Source: Neovahlkampfia damariscottae
Lineage: Eukaryota
Length of the DNA stretch: 33,961 bases
Assembly (NCBI GenBank): GCA_016618085.1
Contig: JABLTG010000192.1
Coordinates: 1 to 33,961 of the forward strand
Reading direction: 5' to 3'
Positions 24,052 through 33,392 of the stretch are shown here, piece after piece. The position numbers and the translations under genes were made by a program. Under the pieces are notes generated by a model. It was not told the DNA's origin, searched no databases, and was given only the letters and a program-made list of their open reading frames with translations. Position 1 is the first letter of the stretch; each line of letters begins with the position of its first letter.

Positions 24052-25828
24052 TCACAAAAACCACTTTTTGAGATTATATTTTCCAAAAATCTCTTATCAA
24101 AAAGAATCATACATAGAACTGTTTCATCTGTGCAGAAATGTGAATTTTTAAATCTTTCAATTTTGGTGCTGTTTAAATTTTTTTATTTTTTGAACCTTTT
24201 TTATTTTATTCTTCTTTTTCTTTTTCACTTGAAATATCAGTGGTAAACCAGTTATATAGCATGATACTAAGAGGAAATTAATTTAAGTTTTTTTTCTTTA
24301 CAAAGCAAATCCAAAAAGAAATAATAATATTATCACAAGCAACATTATTTTTTCATGAGTCTTTAAAGCAGTTATCCAATCCATCAATATTAATTGAAAT
24401 TTACTGATTCCTGATGCCACCTTAACAGAAAAAAAAAACTTTTTGATTGGATAAAAAAAACATTTATATTTATGTCCAACCTTCAGCAATCTGATAGTTT
24501 ATTCAAGTACCAAGATATTCTCAAAGCAATACAAAAAGGAATAATAGTTTTTTTGACGTCAAATAAAATTCCTATTTTTAATACACACAAACAGAAAACA
24601 ATATCCCTCAAGAAACAATACAAATCTGAAGAAACATTCCGTTTGTTTAGCCACCAAATTATCAACAATTCATGCACTATCGTGATTGAAATGTAATAAC
24701 TTTTTGAAATTGAAAAATTGATTAAACTTCCTAGTTCATTCATTAAGCATAAAAGAAAAAAAAAGATTGTCAAAGGAGCTGAATAAAGAGGATATATGTC
24801 AATAAAATATTTCTTCAGTTCTCCCTTCTTGAATGATCTGTATCCTTCAATAAACAGACCTACCAATCCAGCACCAAAATAAGGGGAATCAATGAGTACT
24901 ATTGAAATTAGAGATAAGATTATGGTTTACAATATGGATAAATTACCCATCCCCAACTTGTGTAATCAATGTTTAAAAAATCCATTCTAATTTTAGTTTC
25001 CAACATGTGAGTGGCATATGATCCTGCAATAGACAGAAAACAACAATAAAAGGGCTCTGGATTCCAATTATAACCAAGTCTTATATGATTAATTTCATGA
25101 AAAGACATGATTCCAAAATGAACAATGGGTCCAAATCCCAAAAAGTATTTCAAAAAGTAATTTGGGACACTAAGACTTAGATATCCGAGCAAATTCAATG
25201 ATATATGAATGGAACACATTAATAATACAGACGATAAATATCCCATCAAAATATCTTCGTGAATGATGAACACTGAAAGTAGTGGAGGATTATAATCTGA
25301 AGTCACAAAATGCAAATTTTTCCTTTTTTGTTTTTGGGGCGTAGGTCTGAATATTATATTACCTGGATTGTTGGTTGTTGGTTTATTTGATATTTTGATT
25401 GATTTAGTTACTGGTGAATTTTTTTTTGATTTTCCAGATCTTTTTCTCTTTTTGTAGTGATTTTTTTGATTTGATTTATTTTTAGTTTGATATTTATTTA
25501 TTTTAATTAAGTAATCTAATTCATAAAATTCAATTTCTTTTTCATAGAATTCAATTTTTTGTTTTGTTGTATTTTTCAAAATAATGTTAAATAAGTTTTG
25601 TCTTAAACAATTTAATATAAATTCAAATCCATTTGGTGATCGATTTAAATATATATTTCCTTCTTTATCCATCAATTTTGAAGTGTTAATTATTCCACAA
25701 ACCATTTGAGAAAGTAATGATTTATTTTTCAACAAAGTTGAACTAAAACATTGAAATATTTTACCACCAACATTGAAAGAAATGATTTTTGATAGTTTGT
25801 TGTTGGGATTGGAATCCTCTTCCTTCAT
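24052..25828 (-). CDS. KCTD-type BTB domain fused to a multi-pass membrane region (multi-exon; 3' exons uncertain)
   Basis: ISFNVGGKIF...IYLNRSPNGFEFIL. A 32 nt intron at 24899-24930 joins ORF 24483-24866 in frame. Likely start ATG 25828. Confidence 0.65.
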
Positions 25829-25847
25829 GCACTTTTCTGTTACCTCT

Positions 25848-26215
25848 TTAGAAACAATTTGATTGGACCCATGTAAAACCAATTTCAAAAGGAAGTTTTG
25901 AAACATCAGGCATTTTGTCAACATACAAACAATCAGTTTTAACAGCTGTTGTATTCACTCCTTGTTTTTTCAATTCATTATATAAAATGAATAAATTTGT
26001 TCTCATTGTGTCATAAACTAAAGCTTGAATTAAATAAAATCCATTGGTTAAAGGTTTTTTCTCACCTTTTTGTTCAACATACCATAAATCAGTATCTCTA
26101 ACATTTTTTGGAAATTGAGTTGACCCATGATTAACAAATGTTGATGCTTCTGGTGATGTATCATATAATCCAGTAACTGAAGCTTGATTAAATCTTTTAC
26201 CATATGAATGACGGA
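25848..26215 (-). pseudogene. Fragment of a protein-primed family B DNA polymerase (palm, motif C region)
   Basis: Open frame 26282-25848 reads YGKRFNQASVTGLYDTSPEA...LTNGFYLIQALVYDTMRTNLFILYNELKKQGVNTTAVKTDCLYVD. KTDC at 25940-25929 is the PLV/virophage-type variant of DTDS. Confidence 0.7.
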
Positions 26216-26886
26216 TGAAGCAGTTGTCAAAAGGTTTCTCAAAAACTATACACTTTATATGGTTTTGAAAAGGAACAAACAGTCATTGAAGAGCTAAAAA
26301 AGGACCATTTGTTTCACTGTACTAAAAGTGAAAAACCAATTATTGAAAGATTGAAAGTCGTTAATTCAGGTGCGATCAAGGCAACAATACATTTGGAACT
26401 CATTACTATAAAAATGATTATCAATTTGATGCAGAATATGGGATAGTATTAGAATGGGATTCTCGTGACTCTAGTGTATAAGCAACATCAGATAATAATG
26501 CTCTTTACAAGTTTAACATCAAATACAAAAAAGAAGATATTGATAAGAATTTGGAATGTATTGAAAAATCAAGTGGAGAATTCGGCAAAAAATACAGCAA
26601 ATTCGGTGAACAACCAATTTACTTCCACATTTTCGAGAATGAAGTGCTAGAAAAAGTAGCAAAAGATCTTGACATGATCGTGGGTAACCCAATTTCAGAT
26701 GAAATTTTGGACGTTTATTTGTATGAGATTAGAAAATACGTTGAATTTACACCAATGCTGACTAAACTCAGTGATGAGTTACAATGGATTGAAATGGATT
26801 ATCCAAATGGCAATAAAAAAGAAATTATAATTTATGATGATACCTTACAAGCAAGTGATAAATTTAAATATGTTTTCAAAAAATAA
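26208..26886 (+). pseudogene. Decayed hypothetical gene
   Basis: ORF 26551-26886 continues upstream through an in-frame TAA at 26479-26481 and two apparent frameshifts. Confidence 0.55.
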
Positions 26887-27003
26887 AAAAATAGTTGTGT
26901 TTCTATTTGATTTTAATGCATTTCGATGATTTACCATTGTGCAATATTCTAAGAGCAAAAAGAACTGTTAAAAAGAATGAAAATTGATCATAAAAGAAAA
27001 ATT

Positions 27004-27591
27004 TTAAATTTCATTTAAATCCATTGCTGAACATGAAATTCCAATCCAAGAAAGTCTGAGAGATCTTGGTGCTTTCCATTCTTCTAAATATTTTTGTTCT
27101 GGAATGGATAATTTTTCCTTTTTGTATTCTTTCATTAAAATTTTCCCAAAGTTTTTTCCACTTAAAAAGTCAAAATATTCATTTGGATTTTTAATTTCAT
27201 TTTCTTTAAGTTGATTTTGTGAGTAACAAAATACTCCATAACAAAATATACCTTCATGAAAATCTGTTAATGAATTTATATCGCGACATAAAACGCTTGG
27301 CAAAGTCATTGGATTGTTTTTCATATAATCTCTTATGTTTAATAAAAACTTTTTACAATGTTTTTGGTGCATTTTGTCTACTTGTGTTGTTGGCTTCTTC
27401 ATTTGGTACATTTTTTCCATTTTGAAGCAGTGAGGTCCATGTACCAAAAGATGATGAGTGTTAGTAGGAGATGGAAGTGGAAATGAGAGACCACCCCAAC
27501 TTTTTGGAAAGATAAGGTTGTTATTTGCTTGAGAGACAAATATTGTTATCAACAAAAAACTAATGATGCTTTTGATCTTCATTTGTTCCAA
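27004..27591 (-). CDS. Hypothetical secreted protein
   Basis: Intronless; MKIKSIISFLLITIFVSQA signal-peptide-like start. Confidence 0.6.
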   Translation of the reverse strand: MEQMKIKSIISFLLITIFVSQANNNLIFPKSWGGLSFPLPSPTNTHHLLVHGPHCFKMEKMYQMKKPTTQVDKMHQKHCKKFLLNIRDYMKNNPMTLPSVLCRDINSLTDFHEGIFCYGVFCYSQNQLKENEIKNPNEYFDFLSGKNFGKILMKEYKKEKLSIPEQKYLEEWKAPRSLRLSWIGISCSAMDLNEI

Positions 27592-27710
27592 TGAATTCGA
27601 GCAAAAAGATCAGTATTTATTATTGGAGATCTGATCTTTCCAATGAAATTCAATTGTTTTAAAATTGGTTATTTTTGATGTATTGTTTCTGGAAAGTTAA
27701 TTTTTCTGTT

Positions 27711-28005
27711 AGGTCCACCATAAATTCAATTGTAAATCCATTTGGAGGAAAAATTAACCATCTTATACCCAGATCTCTTGAAAATCGTCTTGTAATTCGG
27801 AAAAAGTGATTTTTTGCTTTTTTTTACCGAGTTGAGAGCTCTGGGTGAGGAAATATAATTTTGTATTTGGTGTATCTCGGTGAAAATGGAATTTTGAGCG
27901 TCCGGAAAAAGTACATTTTTTTGAGGAAACGCTAAATTTAAGTCGCTGGAGGCTTCACCGGTGTAATTTATTGGCTAGAGCTTGGGGCCTTACCACCTAC
28001 TTACT
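27711..28005 (+). repeat. Terminal repeat, family A, copy 2
   Basis: Direct homolog of 3718-4021, with long identical blocks such as TACCGAGTTGAGAGCTCTGGGTGAGGAAATATAATTTTGTATTTGGTGTATCT. Confidence 0.9.
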
Positions 28006-28384
28006 TATTATAGAATAGGTTTTTTAAATATTTCAAAGCTGTTTGTGTCTCGTACGAAAAATATTTGCAAATACTGAAAAATTTTTCCCAAAAAAATGAA
28101 AAAGCAGAATAAACTACAATCATACCAAAAAATGGGTGAATCTGAAAACTTTGAATATATCTGACTATAAGACAAGCTGGATCTGATGTAATTCTAAAAG
28201 CATATAAAAAATAATTTCCAGCACAAAACGTCATTACAGAATTAGAAACACCCCAATCTAAAGCAACATAAATCCAGTAACAAACAAATAGCCAAAATAA
28301 ATGACAAAAAATACTGCGCCAGAGTTTTACTGGTAAGTTGAGAATTTTAATTGTTTTTTTTTTCTTTTTCATTATGCATGCCAT
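28001..28384 (-). pseudogene. Membrane protein ORF truncated by the family A terminus
   Basis: Two hydrophobic segments; the final AAG TAA is supplied by the repeat terminus. Confidence 0.5.
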
Positions 28385-28439
28385 AAATAAATTGGCTTTT
28401 TATAATTTTTACATTGACAAAAAAGGATATTTTTAAAAA

Positions 28440-28731
28440 AACCCAAAAAAGGAAAATTTCAAATTCCCATAAAATTGGTCAAACCAAAAAGCAATATAAC
28501 GGACCAAAATGAAAAATTATGGATAAAAAAAAGTAAGAAGGTAACTAAAATTTTCAAATGACAAAAAACCGCCGAGTTGAGGCGTGAGGCGGCAAGAAAA
28601 AGGTTCTGGGTATAACGGGGGATTTGGTCAAAAAAATACAAAAATCCGCGAAAATGGTCTTTTTTAACTTCCTTGGGGGTTGAAAATTAAAAAAAGTTAA
28701 ATCCTTGTCCGGACCTTTCACACCTACTACT
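28440..28731 (+). repeat. Putative terminal repeat, family B (right end of another element)
   Basis: GC-richer non-coding tract ending CACCTACTACT|TA (AGTAGTAGG read from outside, a Polinton-type AGT microsatellite end). Shares CCGAGTTGAG and TCCGGA with family A. Single copy in the window. Confidence 0.6.
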
Positions 28732-28795
28732 TATATTTTGGGAGAACAAGGATTATTAAATAACACATAAATATAATATCAAGTAATTATATAAA

Positions 28796-29515
28796 ATGAG
28801 AACAAATATCATTGTTGACAGTTCACAAAGAGATTCTGTTTATCCAAATAATAATAACTGGGTTTACACACCACAAAACTCACTCAATAAGATAAAATCT
28901 TTTAAATTTAATGGTTGTATCATTCCAAATACCCAATATCTGATTAATAATAATAATAATACCATTGTTGTTGAATTATCGAGCACTGATCACACAGTTA
29001 CTCTCACGAATGGAAATTACACACCTTCAACCCTTGCTACAGAGCTTCAAACACAATTAACAGCTGGATCTCCACCAACATTCACCGTCACTCAAAGTAG
29101 CACCACTAATAAATTTACAATTGTCTCGACTACTGCTACAATTATAAAATTTTCACAAAATACAAGTTTAGGTAAAATATTGGGATTTGGTTCGTCCAAT
29201 ACTGCTTCTTTGACAACTTTTACAGCATCTAATGTATATGATCTTTCTGGAACAAAATATTATCAATTAAAAATAGAAGAGGTTAATAATTTTATTGATT
29301 CAAACAATGCTAAAATAAAACAATCATTCATCGTTCCAAATAATGTCAACTTTGGTGAATATCATTACATTACTGATGACACAAATATAGTGTGCAGTTT
29401 TCGAAGTGGTATTGAAAGAATTGACAGATTAACTATAGAAATTCTTGATGATGAAAATAATCTGGTTGATTTCAATGGAATAGATCATATTTTATTTTTT
29501 TTTATTGAAAATTAA
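28796..29515 (+). CDS. Minor capsid (penton-like, single jelly-roll) protein of PLV/virophage type
   Basis: IVDSSQRDSVYP, IPNTQYLINNNNN, GNYT...LATELQ, LGKILGF and L.I...D....VDFNG.D motifs; directly upstream of an MCP-like gene. Confidence 0.8.
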   Translation: MRTNIIVDSSQRDSVYPNNNNWVYTPQNSLNKIKSFKFNGCIIPNTQYLINNNNNTIVVELSSTDHTVTLTNGNYTPSTLATELQTQLTAGSPPTFTVTQSSTTNKFTIVSTTATIIKFSQNTSLGKILGFGSSNTASLTTFTASNVYDLSGTKYYQLKIEEVNNFIDSNNAKIKQSFIVPNNVNFGEYHYITDDTNIVCSFRSGIERIDRLTIEILDDENNLVDFNGIDHILFFFIEN

Positions 29516-29541
29516 ATTATAATCTTATAATATTATATAAC

Positions 29542-29943
29542 ATGAGTGATTCATACTTTGATAATGATCAATTACATTTACTTAATCATGCAAGAACTGG
29601 AAAGTTTATTGGTGAACGTTTGAACAAAAGGGTCACACCAGATGGAGGAACTGCACAACCATCAATGGGTTCTATTGTTGAATATGAAGTTAAAGAGGCC
29701 GGAGATTTACCATTAGATAAAGCAGCACTTGTGTTTGTAATAAGTGCAATAACTGGATCTGGTGGAACATATATTAGAGGGGTTAATGCAATGGGATTAT
29801 ACATGTGGTCTAAAATGGAATTTTGTTTAGACAGCAAGGAAAAACTTATTATTTACCCTGAATGTGTTTCTCAAAATTCAAAACAATACTCTGATTCTGA
29901 CAAATATGCATGTATTTCTCAATTGCTCGGTATTGCTAAGTAA
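29542..29943 (+). pseudogene. Major capsid protein (double jelly-roll) N-terminus, truncated by insertion
   Basis: G..V.Y.V...GDL.....L.F and VNAMG..MWSKMEF pattern of DJR capsids; the stop (AAG TAA) comes from the inserted terminus. Confidence 0.65.
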
Positions 29944-30242
29944 GTAGGCGGTAAGGCCCCGAGCTCTAGCCCATAAATTACACCGGAAATCCCTCCAGCG
30001 ACTTAAATTTAGCGTTTCCAGAAAAATACGTACTTTTTCCCCGCCCTCAATTTGCGATTTTCGCCGAGATACACCCAATGCAAAATTATATTTGCTCTCC
30101 AAATGCTCTCCAAATGGTGAAAAAAAATCACTTTTTCCGGATTACAAGAGGATGCAAAGAGAATTTTCAAGGAGATACTGGCTATGAGATGGTTAAAATT
30201 CCCTCCAATTGGCTTTATAAGTGAATTTACAAGAGGGCTACC
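29939..30242 (-). repeat. Terminal repeat, family A, copy 3 (inverted)
   Basis: TA|AGTAAGTAGGCGGTAAGGCCCCGAGCTCTAGCCCATAAATTACACCGG is the reverse-complement homolog of the copy 1 and 2 ends. Confidence 0.9.
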
Positions 30243-30518
30243 AGTGATTTTTAACTTCCTAGAGCTAATACAACAGTAATATAATATTATAACTATCGAT
30301 CTCATATCCTTATTTTTTCTTCTATTACAGTGTGAACCTCTTTTTCTTGGTGAACCAACTTTAAAAATTTTCGACCAATCATTTCATTGTTTACTTCAAG
30401 CCTTTTTTTAAAACATGTCTGAAAAATCAAAAATAGAAATAAAAAAAGATTGAAGAAATAGTTCTTCATCATGACTTAATTCAAGAATGCGAAATAGGAT
30501 TCAAAAAACGGAAAAGAT

Positions 30519-31700
30519 TTATTCTAAGCTCATTATCTCGTCTATCGAACGCTGACCAGGCACATAAATAATTATTTTCTGGATTTCATTTTTAATATCA
30601 AAAATTGTGAATGAAGATGAACGGATCCCTTCACATTTCATCGATAAACATGAAATATCAGTAATTATTTTTAAAGTATTGTCGTACTCTGTCATCGCAC
30701 AATACCAATTGTCAAAAGCGTCTCGTAAAAAATAATTAAGAACTTGTTGTAATTGAACTTTCGCAGTGCATTCGTTTTGAGTCAAAGAAAGTTCATATGT
30801 AGTGTATATTTGAATTCTATTTCTGAAAGAGTATTTTTCAAATTCTACTTTTGTAAGATACGCTTCTTTCTTTAATTTGTTTGAAATTAATTTATAATTA
30901 TTTGTAAAATTGGTTCCATCACAGAAATTAAATTTCTTTGGGGCTCCATTCATTATCATTGAAAAGAATTTGAAATATTTTCTCCCAAGGTCGGGAGAGG
31001 TGAAATCGTCATTTAAATCTTTCGAAAAAAGTTCAATTACACCTTTTCCTCTTTCTTTGCATTTCTTACCTTGAACGCAAAACCCATGATTTTTCAAAAT
31101 AATTGAAAAAGTATTTTTCTCAAAAGTCATAGTTTCATTTTTGTCAAGAACAAAAACAATATCTAATTGCTCCCAATTTGGAGAATCGTGTGGGTTAATA
31201 GACTTCCAAGTTTTTGTAGTAAAATTAAATGGGCAATTCGACTTATCCATTTTATTCTCTTCCACTTCAAATTTAGTGTCGCAAATCAAGCAAATATGAC
31301 AATACTCTTGAGCAAACTTTAATGTTCCAAACGGTATACACTTAAATTTCTTATGATTTTTGTGATAAATCTTCAAAACATCATCAAATTCAAATTTAAA
31401 ACATACAGAACCATACCGAGATTCTTCTGAAGGTTCGTAGCCAGGTATGACACCAGAAAAAAATAATAACTCATTTTCTTTGGTGAGCTCTTTCAATTCT
31501 TCGACGAGTTCTCCGTTTTGCTTCACAGAATTTTCCGAACGTGGGCCTTCATATTTTTTTCCTTTCAAACAAATTCCGTTGTCAGTAATGATATCTTCAA
31601 TTGTTTTAAAGTGTGTTGAATGTTGTAATTGTATTTTGTTTTCAGGAAAAAGAAACCGTGACATTGACCAATTAAATTCCGGAGTTTGTGAATATTTCAT
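30519..31700 (-). CDS. 393 aa protein with a putative ADP-ribosyltransferase-like N-terminal domain
   Basis: LQHSTH......I, LFFS, SRYGSVCFKF and QE/WE motifs; the fold call is inference. Confidence 0.55.
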   Translation of the reverse strand: MKYSQTPEFNWSMSRFLFPENKIQLQHSTHFKTIEDIITDNGICLKGKKYEGPRSENSVKQNGELVEELKELTKENELLFFSGVIPGYEPSEESRYGSVCFKFEFDDVLKIYHKNHKKFKCIPFGTLKFAQEYCHICLICDTKFEVEENKMDKSNCPFNFTTKTWKSINPHDSPNWEQLDIVFVLDKNETMTFEKNTFSIILKNHGFCVQGKKCKERGKGVIELFSKDLNDDFTSPDLGRKYFKFFSMIMNGAPKKFNFCDGTNFTNNYKLISNKLKKEAYLTKVEFEKYSFRNRIQIYTTYELSLTQNECTAKVQLQQVLNYFLRDAFDNWYCAMTEYDNTLKIITDISCLSMKCEGIRSSSFTIFDIKNEIQKIIIYVPGQRSIDEIMSLE

Positions 31701-31930
31701 TGGCCAAAGATAAAATAAATGTTCTTGTTATTTTGTCCAGAATTTTCACTGGTTCACTTCAGTGGACCTGCTGTCCATGTGTTGATATCAGTACCAAGAC
31801 CTTCACAAAAAGTTTTCCGTCAACTTGAAAGAATATTTGATTGGTTAATGTTCATGAATTTTAATTGGTGAAAGACTTTGAAAATTTAAAAAGGTTTAAA
31901 GAAATTATTATATAAATTTATTATATAACA

Positions 31931-32116
31931 ATGACAAAAACATGCGAATTATGTGATAAACCAATCAGACAACCAATTGGAAATGCAAGAAAAAATGGCA
32001 GAAATCACGACGATTGGGAAGAAAGAACAGTGCATAAAAAGTGTTTCAAAATTCAACAAGGTAATGAAGAAATGCATCGATTGTTTCAAAGATGGGAACA
32101 AAAACAAAAATATTAA
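31931..32116 (+). CDS. Small zinc-finger-like viral protein
   Basis: CxxC...IGNARKNG..H.DW..R..HKKC; preceded by the 37 bp element. Confidence 0.7.
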   Translation: MTKTCELCDKPIRQPIGNARKNGRNHDDWEERTVHKKCFKIQQGNEEMHRLFQRWEQKQKY

Positions 32117-32155
32117 TTTAGGTTTAAAGAAACTATTATATAAATTGATTATATA

Positions 32156-32749
32156 ATGAGAGATTATATTGTAGAAGAATTTCATAGATCAAAGAATAAA
32201 TATATTGATCAAAATAAAATATGTAAATTTGTTGAATATATAAAAAAATATAGACTGTTAGATAATGGTTATTTTGAAAAGGGATTTTCGTATAATAATT
32301 ATGAATTAATTTTTTTTGTTGTTGATTATTTATATGAACGTATTTTTAGCACATCTAATTATTATCCGAACTTACCACTATATTTTAAAAGAATGCAAAA
32401 ATTTATGTATTATAATCATCCTTCAATAATAAATCGAATTACAGATATTATAAAACATTTTCACCAAAAGGAATTTGAGAGAATAATTGAACTAAGAGAA
32501 AATGAAATAGATTATCAAATACGAAAATTTCAATCAAAAGGTAAATATGCATTACCATCTGTGGTAGAAGAATTTAATAATAAAATTAATAAACTTAAAG
32601 AAGAACATGAAAAAGAATTAAAATATTATGCATATAAACATAAGCAAACAGAAAATGAACTACTAAATAATTCAACATCATCGCATTTCATAATAACAAA
32701 GCAAGGATATTCTAAAAAGTTATTAGACATGACATTTAAATTTAATTAA
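32156..32749 (+). CDS. Hypothetical viral protein, 197 aa
   Basis: Intronless; preceded by the 37 bp element. Confidence 0.7.
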   Translation: MRDYIVEEFHRSKNKYIDQNKICKFVEYIKKYRLLDNGYFEKGFSYNNYELIFFVVDYLYERIFSTSNYYPNLPLYFKRMQKFMYYNHPSIINRITDIIKHFHQKEFERIIELRENEIDYQIRKFQSKGKYALPSVVEEFNNKINKLKEEHEKELKYYAYKHKQTENELLNNSTSSHFIITKQGYSKKLLDMTFKFN

Positions 32750-32788
32750 GGTTTAAAGAAATTATTATATAAATTGATTATATAATAA

Positions 32789-33364
32789 ATGGTTACCTTT
32801 GCAGATATTCCCGAAGATGTTGTTAAATATGTAATATTACCTTTTAGATCAGCAATAATGTTACACAATTTAGAATTATTAGACTTAGAAAAACAAAAAA
32901 TAAGAAAATCAGAAAGAATTAATGGAAAAAAATATATGATGGTGCCACACCCAAGGAAAATAGCATGGACCTTAAATCTTTCTTATAAAAATAAACACTT
33001 ATCAAAGCAATTAGGTGGTATATTTGATTTTGAAAATACAAAAAAATGGATGCGTGTAGGTGAAATAGGTACATTAATTAAAATTGAAAGATTTAATGAA
33101 GATAATTATATGAAGCACAATATTATATCATCTTGTGATTATTTTGGAGAAAAAAGAGTGTTTAAAATAAAATGTCATACTTTTAAATTATCAGATTGTG
33201 TGCGTTCTTATGGCTGTCTTCAAAACAAAAAAAATATATATAGCCGTTTAAATAGAGATTTTGTGACACATATTGATTATTCAAACGAAAAAATAAAATA
33301 CGTTTGTTTGGATATATGTGATTTGGAAGATACTGAAGATAGTGATAGTGATTATGATTTTTAA
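32789..33364 (+). CDS. Viral protein with F-box-like N-terminus and DUF5710-like segment
   Basis: FADIPEDVVKYVILPF and LNLSYKNKHLSKQLGGIFD...KKW; preceded by the 37 bp element. Confidence 0.6.
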   Translation: MVTFADIPEDVVKYVILPFRSAIMLHNLELLDLEKQKIRKSERINGKKYMMVPHPRKIAWTLNLSYKNKHLSKQLGGIFDFENTKKWMRVGEIGTLIKIERFNEDNYMKHNIISSCDYFGEKRVFKIKCHTFKLSDCVRSYGCLQNKKNIYSRLNRDFVTHIDYSNEKIKYVCLDICDLEDTEDSDSDYDF

Positions 33365-33392
33365 TTTCCCAGCTGTGGCATTGTCTCACCCA

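Larger units (their letters stand above)
25870..28005. mobile_element. Deleted remnant of a PLV-type element (PolB fragment, cargo genes, family A right terminus)
   Basis: PolB fragment plus terminal repeat copy 2; no matching left terminus found; left boundary approximate. Confidence 0.6.
31892..32785 (+). promoter_or_regulatory. Three copies of a 37 bp upstream element AGGTTTAAAGAAATTATTATATAAATTGATTATATAA (31892-31928, 32120-32156, 32749-32785)
   Basis: At most one mismatch each to the consensus; each copy directly precedes an ATG. Confidence 0.85.

Noticed and set aside
25829..25924. N-terminal extension of the BTB protein (MLTKCLMFQ...)
   Set aside because: It is an out-of-frame read through the PolB remnant and the CCAAT region; ATG 25828 is the more plausible start.
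27711..30242. Copies 2 and 3 as the TIR pair of a single 2.5 kb element carrying the penton and MCP
   Set aside because: Their sharp AGT termini face inward and truncate the enclosed ORFs, so they belong to two elements pointing away from each other.
31892..32785. 37 bp repeats as a CRISPR array
   Set aside because: The spacers are whole genes of very different lengths, the repeat is not palindromic and no cas gene is present.
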